Below, piece by piece: positions 51,983 through 63,004 of a DNA stretch of 64,000 bases; position 1 is the stretch's first letter; every line of letters begins with the position of its first letter. The stretch comes from Psammoneis japonica (Eukaryota). Position numbers and translations under genes: made by a program. The notes beneath the pieces are model-generated. The model did no database searches, was not told the origin of the DNA, and was given only the letters and a program-made list of their open reading frames with translations. Where the stretch lies: the NCBI GenBank assembly GCA_008632985.1, contig QPGO01000039.1, positions 186,001 through 250,000 of the forward strand. The letters run 5' to 3'.

Positions 51983-52405
51983 GACGCGTTTCCAGACCTG
52001 CTAAGTACAGCAGGTGGGAATTCGTGTCACATTGGGCCCGTAGAATTCTACGTGCGAGCTCCGCAGTAAAATTATTAGGTAATCGAAAATGTCAATGATG
52101 TCGCCAACAGAAAATGAGGCAATTTTGCGAAAGCACAAACTCGTCCATGATTGAAGTACATCATTTTTTACTTACCCAGTTACATTCTTCAGACATTGAA
52201 GAATGTAACTGGCGCATTATTGTTTCTATAAACTCGTTATATAAAACGTCTGGGGCTTCGCAAAACAGCGAGTCTAGACATTTTTTTGTAATATTTCACG
52301 TAGAAATGTACGTGCGAAACATACGACGGATGACAAAAATTATTTATGTCAAACGTCGAGCTCCCGCCCACCTACTGTATGTATTTCACAGGGCTGGAAC
52401 GCGTC
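51983..52405 (+). mobile_element. MITE family A-related copy 5 (TpA-rich, apparently young subfamily)
   Basis: GACGCGTTTCCAG...CTGGAACGCGTC; TSD TGGC/TGGC; absent from the paralogous site at ~47421. Confidence 0.9.
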
Positions 52406-52939
52406 TGGCAGTTGGTTTTTTGCAAGAAGTTCTAGAGTTTCAGCCAGTGCGTGGTGTCTTCCCATGATGAAAATTAGCTCTAGTGCCCCCCCCACCCCCC
52501 ACCCCCGACTCTTTAAGAAGAGAGCCAACAAAATCCTGCGAGGGCAGGTGGGGTCTCTAGAAGTCATCATCAGTTCTGCAAAACTCTGCGTCAAAACTCA
52601 TGAGTTGGTGCACCATTCATCTTCTAAACGGATCTCTAGATTGTCAATCTTCCCAGTGGATCTGTGCAACATCAATCTTCTAAAATGGATGGACTCTTTC
52701 TCTCTGATGTTGGCTTGAATCATGTGAATCATCACAGCGGTCGCAAATTCCGCACCACAGCTCAAAATCGACCGTGCGAGCTGTTTCGAGCTCCGGGTGT
52801 TGCTGCATCTGGCCAGTCTTTTTCTTTTGTGCGTCCTCGGTGGGCCTTTCAGTCTTTTTTTGTTGTGCGTCCTCGGTGGGCCTTTCAGTCTTTTTTTGTT
52901 TTTGGATCCTTGGTGGGCCCATCAGGACTGTCAACCAAT

Positions 52940-54000
52940 GCCTGGTCACAGACGTGCGCCGGTGCAAAGCAAGACCCCCTGCTGGGAGGATCGTACCGTG
53001 GGTCGCAGCCTCTTTTCGGCAGGAAGCAATCGATGCTGTCAAGCTTGAGGCACTTGCGCCGCTTGACATTGCTGCTGCAGAGAAGACAGAAATTGCATCC
53101 TTTTGACACCTCCACTGGTGCACTCATCCCAATCTCCGCAAGTGGAGTCAGCATAGATGGAAATAGTGCACATGCCGCCATGACCACGTCCCGTGCTTTT
53201 GACATTAAGAATGTCACCCGTAAATTTGGTGTGGTGCCCCCCCCCAAAACAAGATGGCAAAAGCCACCAACGGGGACCTCACCGTCCTTTTTGCCAGGGC
53301 CAAACGACAGCAAGCTCTGTCCATCTCCAAAGTCACATTCATCTGACAAGCCATCATCGTCCATCGCAACTAACTCACAACTGTCATTGTCATGCAACCC
53401 AATCACAGTGTCGTCGATGTCAGATCCACAGGTGTCGATGCGGAGATGGGTTTCACTGCTGAACATTTCAAACATGAAAAAAACGACCTCATTGGGATTC
53501 AAACATCCCGAGTAATGCGATCCAAAGCTGCGCACAACGCCAAAGTCATGTTCGATTGGCGGCCGCAGGTCAGTGTCAGCACAGATTGCAACTCGGCATC
53601 TGCCGCCACGACCGGTTGTTTTCACCTCAAAGTCATCCTTTGCAGATTTCGATGTTCCAAAAAAACCAATCTCCCAACGCAAGGCAGTAAGTGCCAGACG
53701 GAGGGACCGGTCCATCGGACCCCGCGTGGGATTCCCCTCTTTCTTCACAATCACAAATGTCTTCACCGGAGCCAACGCCAAACGACAGCGTGCTGAACAA
53801 ACCGGCACGACCATCCTCGTCCTGCGCAAGCAAATGACCATCTGAATCACACAGAGCAACAAAAGTGTCGATTGGGATAAATTCATCGCCAGCCTCGGTT
53901 GCAATGTCAAGATGCGTTTCCTCGCCTGTCAAACAAAACCCAAACCAATGCACCTCATTTGGCCCCAGAGAATTCCCATGCCCAAACCCGCATCCAATGT
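52940..54000 (-). pseudogene. PPC/DVUA0089-like repeat protein, copy 2
   Basis: Colinear with 63005-64000; Tyr mostly replaced by Cys/His; frameshifts. Confidence 0.8.
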
Positions 54001-57000
54001 TAAAAAAAAATGTCTTCAAGCTTCGGCTGTGCCTGAACTGCTGCCATTCCTGCAATGGAAGCGAGAAAAGCAAGAGATGTGCCAAGCTTCATGGTGCTTG
54101 TCCTGCGTTGTAAAAAGGCAAATCGAGAAGATGTTGGTCAATGATCTTGTTGGTCCGTTGCACAGTTGTGCACAAAAGTTGGAACACTTCTTGCAGCAGA
54201 GAGCCACAAGTGCTTTCAAACAGCACAAGATGAAGCAAAAGGGTGGGTCTTTCAATCACAGATGAGGTCTTGGACTGCCGCTCTCAAGACGACAGTGAAG
54301 TCCTGATGGTGCACAGAGTGTGTCATGGAACAATGCATGCTCAATTTATGAGGAGAGCGCGGGGGGGAGGGGTTTCCCAGGTGACAGGGCATTGTGGACA
54401 GATGCTCCAAATGATGGTCAACTCGAAGTGTGTTGGAGAGAGAGGAGTGGAAAGAAGAAAGAAGACAATGAAGCTCCACGTTGCCAGCAACACACCTCCA
54501 CTGCATGTGTCCAATGCATGGAGTGGCCACATGAAACGAGTTTGCGCTCACCTTTATCGGAATTGTTGCTGTTGTCGTTGTTGTTGCAATTGCAGTGTTG
54601 TTGCTCAAGCAGTGTTTTGTGTTTTATGATCACGTGTTTTTTCTTTGCCGTCCAAACTCCAAACTCACACAAACTGGAGTGGTCTTGCTTTTGAACATTT
54701 GAAACAATCTCGACACGAAAATCTCTGCATTAAAAAACGCGAAAGCGTGTCAACTTGGGTGTCAACCCGACCCGAACCCTGAACACATCCATCGTGTCAA
54801 CACCTCCTCATGGTGCTTGTTGTTGTTGTTGTGACAAGTGAGCGCCGTTCACTTCACCACCATCAGCGAATTCCGGGTTGCTGATCGTAGGTTCTGCGTG
54901 ACTTTTTCCATTGGCATTGTCTGTGCCGTCATCACCAGGAACATGAAAGAAGGTTTGTTCCAACGCAAGATTCCCAATTCTTCTGCTGTTTCCGTGGTGC
55001 ACTTCTTGTGCATGCAGGAATCAAGTTGCGCGCAGACTTTGGCGGCCACAGAAGGAGGAAAGGTGGTGCTGGGTGGGCGGGCACATGATTGATGGAAAAA
55101 GGTGATGGAACAATGTGGGCAAGGAGGGGGGCAGCAGAGCAAGGTGACAGGCTTGTTGCTGTGGTGTGGCAAATGTTGAGTGATGGCACTCTGGTTGTCT
55201 GTTGACAAAATCAGAAAGAACAAGGGCCCAACAGGCAAGTGCCAGCTGCAGTGCCATCACAAGTTGCACTTTGTTGAAAGGCAAAGTCAAGCCACAAAGA
55301 CTCTTCTTGTGCTCAAAGCAATGTGAAATGAAAAGCAAAGAGGGGGGCCTCGCTGGGGCGGAAGAGAAGTCCCGGCTCGGTCCACTCGATGGGACGAGCT
55401 GGTTGTTTGTTTTGCAACGGGCTCAATTTTGACATCAAAGCAGTTGAGAGCAAACTCCAGATGCAGTTTTGACATGAAATGACCAGCTTCTCAAGGATTT
55501 TTCTTCACCCAGTTTGTGCCATGGTGCGAGTGCTGTGTGTGGACAGCAGCTGCAGCTCGGGGGGGGGGGGGGGGGGCAGCGCCAGGTGGCAACCCAGATG
55601 CATCAGCTTGCTCTTCAAAAGAGCTGCAGCCACAACCCAGCAAACCCAGATGGCAGTTGCCAGAAGCAGATCTCTTGCTTGAAGTGAAGCTGCTGCTCTG
55701 AGTTGTTTTTGCACATGAAGAAAAACAACAAGAAAGCTCATTTCCAGCTGCGCCAGCGGGGCTGCTGGGTTTGCAAGTGAGAGCAGGGGTCGTGCTGCAA
55801 GCTGGGGCAAGCAAAGTCACTGGAGACAACTCAAACTGGGGTCATGTGCATGATCTTGAAAAAAGGGAACAGGAGCGCTGGATCAAAAGAAGAGAAAAAA
55901 AGCACTGCACAGGCAAGGGCACCCTGCCGAGGCAGCAAAAAGCACGCCAACTGGCTTTGCTCCCCAGGTGCACCAGCTGCTCCCCTGCAAAAGAGTTTTG
56001 TCATTGCTGTGTTTCTGTCTTGTGCTTGTTGTCAAAGTTTTGCATGCACTGGACAAGCTGATGATTTGAACAAGGTGCTGAAGCAACACACAAACATGGA
56101 GTGTGTGCGCATGGAAGTGGGCCGCGTTTTGTGAAGGAGTTTCTGGCAATGCAGAGCAGCAGAGAACCTGCTGTGCAATTTAAAACCACACACAGATGAG
56201 TCATGGTGAGGCACTGAAAAGTGTGGCAGAGCAAACTGGCGAGAAGGGAACAAACTGCAAAGCATGGTCATGGTGTGCAAGCACAAAACTCTTTTTCTGT
56301 GTTCTGCATTTTTGATGCACTGGCCGAAGGACTGCTTCAATCTTGACATCTCTCAGGCTTTGCTTCTGACAAAGTGATGAGGATTCCAATGTTTGTGCCA
56401 TTGGCTGCAGGCATCCCGTCGCCTGTCATTGTTTTGTCTTTCGCTGGTGCGAACACAGTGGCACAACACATGCACATGCAGATGGGTGTTGTGTCATTTT
56501 AAGGGGCTCAAGTGTTGTTTTGTTGATCTCATGTGATGTTTTGTCAGCGGGCATTGCATTTGTGTGTTTTGGCCAACCAGAAAACTCTTCCTGAGATTTG
56601 CGACATTTTTGTCAAAGGAAAAGAACAAATGAAATGCTCTTTCTTTTGTCGCAACGACAAATTGCAATTGGCCATGTCAAAACAAAGGCGATTTGTTGAT
56701 GTCCCATGTGTCATGACATGATGTGATCACATTTGTTCTGTGACTGGGTCACAATCATCACAACACTGTCGCACAGCCCTTCAAAAACACGATTGTCGAA
56801 CTTGGCGTCACACAATCATGCTTCTACATTCACGAACAATTTTTACAACTCCTCACATGCGTTCTCATCAAAGAACACTTTTTCAGGAAGTGATGTCATT
56901 TGTGCTGTTTTTTTAACAACTTCAATGCCTTCTATCTCGAAAACGAGTCAGAATCCCCCCACTTTTCTCATTTCCAAAACATCTCTTTTACTCAATTGCA

Positions 57001-58154
57001 TGACATGAGTGAATCATAAAAAAATCTGCAGAACCATTTTGGAGACATTTTTGCTTTTGTGCAATCGTGCAGCATGTCACGAGCTCTTTTTCTGAATTTT
57101 GGTCTCAACTTCACGATCGGTGTTCCATGCATTGAAGCGCAGACAGAACCCTGAAACCATTGTTTCCTCATCCACCTTCACGCATTTTGCACTTGGTCCA
57201 CAAAAGTCAGACCCATCCACCCGGTTTGAAAAATCTCTCTCCGTTTGCTCCTCCTTTCGCCGACCAACAAGGTCCCATTTTTTCAAAATTCCAAAAAACA
57301 AGTTGAAATTCCAGGCCCTGATCGGCACACAACACTTGGTTGACACACACCTGACTGCAAGACGCCTCTCCAGGTCCCTCCCCGTGAGGCAAAACACTTG
57401 GCCGGCCGCGCCATGAGAGCGCAGCCGGTCCATCCAGGGTGCAGTTTTGCTGGCTTTTCCAAACCTCTGTTTCACTCAAGACTGAGTGTTGAGATGGCAC
57501 AGTCCTGATGGTGCACAGAGTGCATTCATGGAACAACACATGCTCAAATCACAGGCTTTTCCCACCACTCGGCAACAGGGCATTGTCCACTGCTGCTCAA
57601 ACCGCGCAAATTTTGCACCACAATTTTTTCAAAACAACATGTGCTGCTGTCACAGCCATTGTGCAGCATGCCATTTGAGCCCCATTTTGTCAAAATGCCA
57701 CCTCATGTGAGACTGGCAATTGCTCAAATGTGCACTTTGAGTCCAAAATGATGGGTGCTCATGCGAAACTGCAGTGCAGCACTGGCGCCTGCTGCACTCA
57801 GCCCCACACTCCCCTCATCATGACATTGCACACTTGGGGCACAACAGTTGTTCCGTGTGTGTCAGAGAGAGGGCACACACCATGACTGCAGGTGCAGCTG
57901 CACAGGTGTGCATGACCAGCAAGCGGAGTTTGCGCACACTGACAATGCGCAGTGATTGTGCGCAGTGCCATGAACAGTGCTGCACAGGTTGTGGTGTGTA
58001 GAGTTGGCGCAATGGAAATGAAGTGCTCTTGGAAGTCCTGGGCAACAGCGACATTTCTTGATCACAGAACATTGTTTTTTTCTTTTCTCAACAACATGTG
58101 TTCATGTGTCACACCAGAGCTCCTTGCGACAGTCATCATTTTCATGGATGCATG

Positions 58155-58270
58155 TTTGAGCAATTGCTCAAACTTGCAGAAGTTTGAGCAATCTCACAAG
58201 TTTGAGCAACTGCTCAAAGTTGCCAAGTTTGAGCAAATGTCAATGCAAGCAAAAGCAATTGCTCAAACTG
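58155..58270. repeat. Cluster of TTTGAGCAA motifs in both orientations
   Basis: Four TTTGAGCAA and three TGCTCAAA copies within ~115 bp. Confidence 0.7.
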
Positions 58271-59832
58271 TTGCTGGCAAAATCCAAGACTGAAACACCA
58301 CTCAGCCATGATCGTCAAACATTCTTGCTTGAGAAGGCATCCACTCATGTCCACTGCAAACACGTGCTTGTGCACATTTGAGCATTTTTCCCACATGGCA
58401 CTGTGGCAGCATGCAGCTTTGCAAGCTCTTCTGCAATCTCTTTTTCATTCAAGACTGAGTGACGAGCACTTCATGAAGTGTTGTGCATGCTCCAAATGCC
58501 CCATGTGTTGATGCCAGCAGTGCTTGTCTTGTTGCAAGCACATCCTCACAAGCAGTGCAAGAGCCACACAAGGAGAGCCACCTTCTCTCTCTCCTTGTCA
58601 GCATGCTCTGCTGCTGCAAATCTTTAGAGAACTGCAAAAGCAGCGTGCAGCTGGCTGCTCAATGAGTTGGTTTGCAGTTTTTTCTCCTTTTTTGTCAACC
58701 AGCAAAATGCCATTCACACAAACAAGTGCCACAACTCTCTTTTGTTCTTTGCCTTGGTGATCTGCCCAATCATGCCTCAACCTCTCAAGCCTGCAGCCAA
58801 GTGTCCCATTTCATGGCTTTGGTGCATCCAAAAGGTGCTCTGAGAGAGTTTGGCAAAATGTTGGCTTTTTTGGCATGCACTTTGAGCCCGCCATCTTCTC
58901 AGAGTGTCTTGAAACCTTTGCCCTCACTTTCTCAAGATGGCACTCAAATGATTGTCATCAGGTCATCTGCAAGCATGCCTGGTGTAAAAGACAAACCTCA
59001 GAACAGGTGTGTCTCACACTTTTTCTGGAAAAAAATTGGAGTGCAAAGCTTCCAGGATTCCATGTTGAGTCAGACACAGCAGCAACCCAGGTTCACATCA
59101 AACAAGGTTGGCCGCTGAAGACCAACACATTCTAGATCCACACAGAGTCTGTGTGGTTGCAGTGCAAGAAAAAAGCTCGGGCAACTCTTTGAGCACCTTT
59201 TTTTGCACCAATTTTTTCCCTGAAAACTGCGTGCAATGATTTGCAGATTTGTGGAGAGGGTTTTTGTTGTTTTGGCTCAAAAGAGCCTTTTGCCAGCACC
59301 AGGCTTGAGATTGACAGCATCACTCCATTGGGTGCATGGTGCACCCACAAAATGATGAGGCTGCTTTCTTGATGATTCAAAGAAAATGTTGCTTGTGGCT
59401 CTGCCGAAGCACGGAGAAGCTCAGGGAGATTGACGATCACACTTTGACGCCAAAGCCAACCAGGGACGAATTTGAACCACCCGTTTCTTTTTTGCACAAG
59501 TTGTGACCTTGTGCCACTTGAACTTGGGCATCAAGGATGCCCGCACTTTCCCCTGCTCCAATGACTTGCAACAGCTGCTCTCGACACGGGAGCTTCACAA
59601 ACACCACCGCCCAGGCACGAGAGTCTGGCCTCAGAAGGCAAAGCCTGCAGAAAACATCTTGGGACACGCAAATTGGTGCCATGGCAGCAAAATGAGAAGA
59701 ATCTGGAACATCAATTTTGTGAATGAATCACACAGCAGTTGCCACTCGAGGTGGCGTGCGTTTTGCTTGTTGCATCAAATCTCTGCAACAATCGCCCCCT
59801 CATTTGAATTGAATTGTTCAATCTTCATTGCC

Positions 59833-62211
59833 GTCAGTCTATCTCCCATTCAAGCAGCTGTGGTTGCTCATCGTGGGTGCCTCTGGCACAACACACGTTG
59901 GTTCAAAGCCCCGATTCCCGATCGTGCGTTGGCGAATTGGCAAGTTGTTGAGAAGCCTTTTTGGCCGGTGCCCATTGGATTGAAATTGATGTGCAGTGCA
60001 CCAAGGACGGAGTGCTTGTCATTGATCACAATGCCGACTTGGGAGAAACGACCGACATTGCCGTTTGGGCATGGGCGGCACCGCTTTGTTGTCGAACCAA
60101 GGCCATGCCATGTCGGGACGAAGATCCATCCACCGTGGAGAGGTGGGTTGTCAAGGACTTGTTGCTCGAGGAAGCAAAGCAATTGCATGTCAAGGAGAAG
60201 AGCGAGTGTCGACCACAAGATTGCAATTCAATGCACGACATTCCAACACCAGCGGAAACAGCTGACTTTGTACAAGACATGGTGGACAGTGAATGATTGC
60301 ATCTCACAAACAGTGTGACCAAGTCCAAGTGGCTTCAAGAACGAAATCGGTGTGTGTCAAAGTGCGGACGTTGCCGACCGAATCCCCGAGTTGGACTGTG
60401 CATTGAAACAAAATGTCCAGCGTGGTGTTGATCTCTTGGTTTGCCACTCAAAGAGAAACTGGCAGACATTGTTGACAACAGCAAGATTGAAGGACCAGCA
60501 ATTGCACAGAGCTTTGAAGAAGACAGCCTCCGGCAGATGCAAGAGCTAAAGCCAGACTGGAAGACGGCAAGCTCATGACAAAGCATGATGCTGACAGTGC
60601 CACAAATTGCCAAACACTTGTCACTTTTCATGCACAAAGCACCTTCGATCGCCCTGAAGAGGAAAATTTCCTTTCGTTGGCTCGCTTGCACCAGGCCACG
60701 TAGAAAATTACAGTGCAGAGTCTTGCTGCTTTCCAACTCCTCCCTCCGACCACCAACAACAACACGCGGTGAAGCACGAGGATGTGTCCGACAATGGCGG
60801 TGCCCATTCTCATTGATTCTGCCAATTTTCACAACTCTCCTGTGTTTCAGTGCGCTCTCAATGGCGACAAAAGAGAGCTTTGTTGCTTGCATTGTTTCCG
60901 CTGGTGCTTTCACTCACATTTGTTCTCTGTCTGCACTGTTTTGACATCCTAGCTGGCGTGTCGTATGATGCTTGCTTTTGTTCAGCAGCATTGAGGCTCA
61001 ATTGATCTTTCATCAACCGAAGCTGGTGAATGTCGTTCGAATGTTGAATGTTTGGTGTTGCAGTGTGGACGTTCGAGGTGATGAGAGGGGGCCACAAATG
61101 GCTCGTGCAAGAGAGAAATGGAGCACTCAACTCGTCTCTCTCATGAGTGGGATCTTGAACCGGGTGATGCAGTCCATTGAGCGAAAGTGTGTGTGACAGA
61201 CATGCTAGAAGGAAGAGTTGCATGTCACTGATGGAGACATTGAATGCATTGCATGCAGTGCAAACATCAAAAACACTCTCTCTGCATCGGCAGAGCAAGT
61301 GACTCGCTGTCGGCTCTCAATGACACAGCGCGAAGAAGACAGCAGAAATTTCAATTTAGCTTTACAGGCAATGGATCTAGGAACAAAGGCAGCATTGTTG
61401 AATGATTAAATGGAATGCTTGTCATTGACAGGCGTTTGAGTTTCGGCGCAGTTGTGTTCACCACGCCAAACATTGTCGTCTTGTTTTGCAGTGCTGTTCA
61501 GTGTCCTGTATCCTGCAACTCCTTGCTGTCAACATTGTGCTAAAGGTGTCAATAATTCCTGTGAACAAATGCTGTCATTTCCATTCTTTTATTAGAGAGG
61601 GAAAGTTGTCGCAAACTGCCGACGGTGTTCCCCGCATTGTCGCGTGTTGTTTTGCGAGAAGCGCGGGTGAAACGTCGGAGGGAGTTTCTGTACATAGAAT
61701 TCTGCGTGGCCTGTACAAACGAACAACGAATGGAAAATTTCCTCTTCAGAGCGATCGAACGCGCTCTGCGTGCGAAGAGTGACAAGTGTTTAGCAATGCT
61801 GCTAGAGGTAGTTTCCCTAACCAATAATAAATTTGTAGCATCATGAGTGACAATGGAGATTTGGACAAGTTTATGCAAGGCCTGACATCCTGGGGTTGTG
61901 ATGGGATTGGACCCGACAAGTCCTCTGTTGTTCCAAAAGCGACGTTTCCTCCGAACAGCTCTCCCTTGATTGAGGCGGCACATGCTCACGGTCTCTTTGT
62001 TCACCCCTATACCTTCAAGAGCGACACGTTGCATCTACACCGAGTCTATGGTGGCAATACAGGCCAAGAATTTGCGCAATTCTTCAAGCTTGGGATTGGT
62101 GCCTTTGCGGATTTTCCCGACCACGCGGTGTTTGCAAGGGAGCTGTACAATCGTTTGCAGATTCGAGGAGATGGTTTTTTGTTGTTTTCCGACGTGAAGG
62201 GACAGTTTTAG
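59833..62211 (+). pseudogene. GDPD copy C, split by a 1.24-kb DNA element; 5' half hypermutated, 3' half nearly intact
   Basis: 59833-60599 aligns to ~45835-46567 with stops; 61839-62211 aligns to ~46566-46941 with an open frame. Confidence 0.92.
60600..61838. mobile_element. Non-autonomous DNA transposon with ~120-bp imperfect TIRs, inserted at TA (Tc1/mariner-like target)
   Basis: Empty site GACAGTATCATG in copy B; ends C(C/T)ACAAATT / AATTTGTAG; 60607-60720 is the inverted match of 61687-61797; TSD now reads TG (left) and CA (right). Confidence 0.85.
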
Positions 62212-63004
62212 TTCATCATCAGGAGCATTCGGCAGTAGCGGGCTAGAGATTGACAGCATGGCGCCGGATGCACCCCCAAAACGATAAGGCCACTTTGTCG
62301 ATGGATTCAAAGAAATCATTAGTACTTGTAGCTCTACGGAAGCACGAAGAAGTTCAGGGGATTTAACGAGCACTTCGATACCCAAGCAAACCAGGGACGA
62401 ATTTTTTGCGGCCTTTTCTTTTTTGACACAAGCGGCGAACTTGTCAAAGCAAAGTACTTGCGCTATAATATTGTAGAAGTTTGGTTACCCTCGTTTCAAA
62501 TTGCATATCGAGGATGCTTGCACTTGTTAGTTACTACCTGGTATAGCTAGCTGACGCCTTGTAAAGGAGTCCGATTTTATTCAATCAGAACGATAGGGAC
62601 GTGGCAGAGAGAAAGGAGGGATTGAAGCGCGCGACTTCAATGCCGATAGAGGGCTCTGGGCTATTGTTGCGACGCTCTCTAAGCTAGAAAGATGGAATAG
62701 TTGACGATTCACATCTCTTCAAGGCAGGTTCTGTCTTCTATCCCGTTTTTCTGGGGCATTGAATACATAACTAGTGCCCTATTGATTTTCTAAACGAATC
62801 TATACATTATCAATCTTCTTAGTGAATGTGTGTACAGTACTATCAATCTTCTAAAACAATGGAGATGTGCACTATCAATCCTCTAAAATGGATGGACCCA
62901 AATTCCCTATTGGTTCGATGAAGATGGAACATTCCGGCATCTACGTCCAGGGGAAATTGTGCGTCCTCGGTGGGCCCATCATTGATGCCATTCAATGCTT
63001 ACGT

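Noticed and set aside
55559..55576. Poly-G tract as a functional G-quadruplex
   Set aside because: Isolated homopolymer in degenerate DNA; length unreliable and no supporting context.
1400..61900. Classical RIP or an alternative genetic code as the explanation
   Set aside because: RIP enriches TpA and hits both duplicates. Here TpA is lost in all frames and in non-coding DNA, and neighbouring genes use TAA/TAG and Tyr normally.
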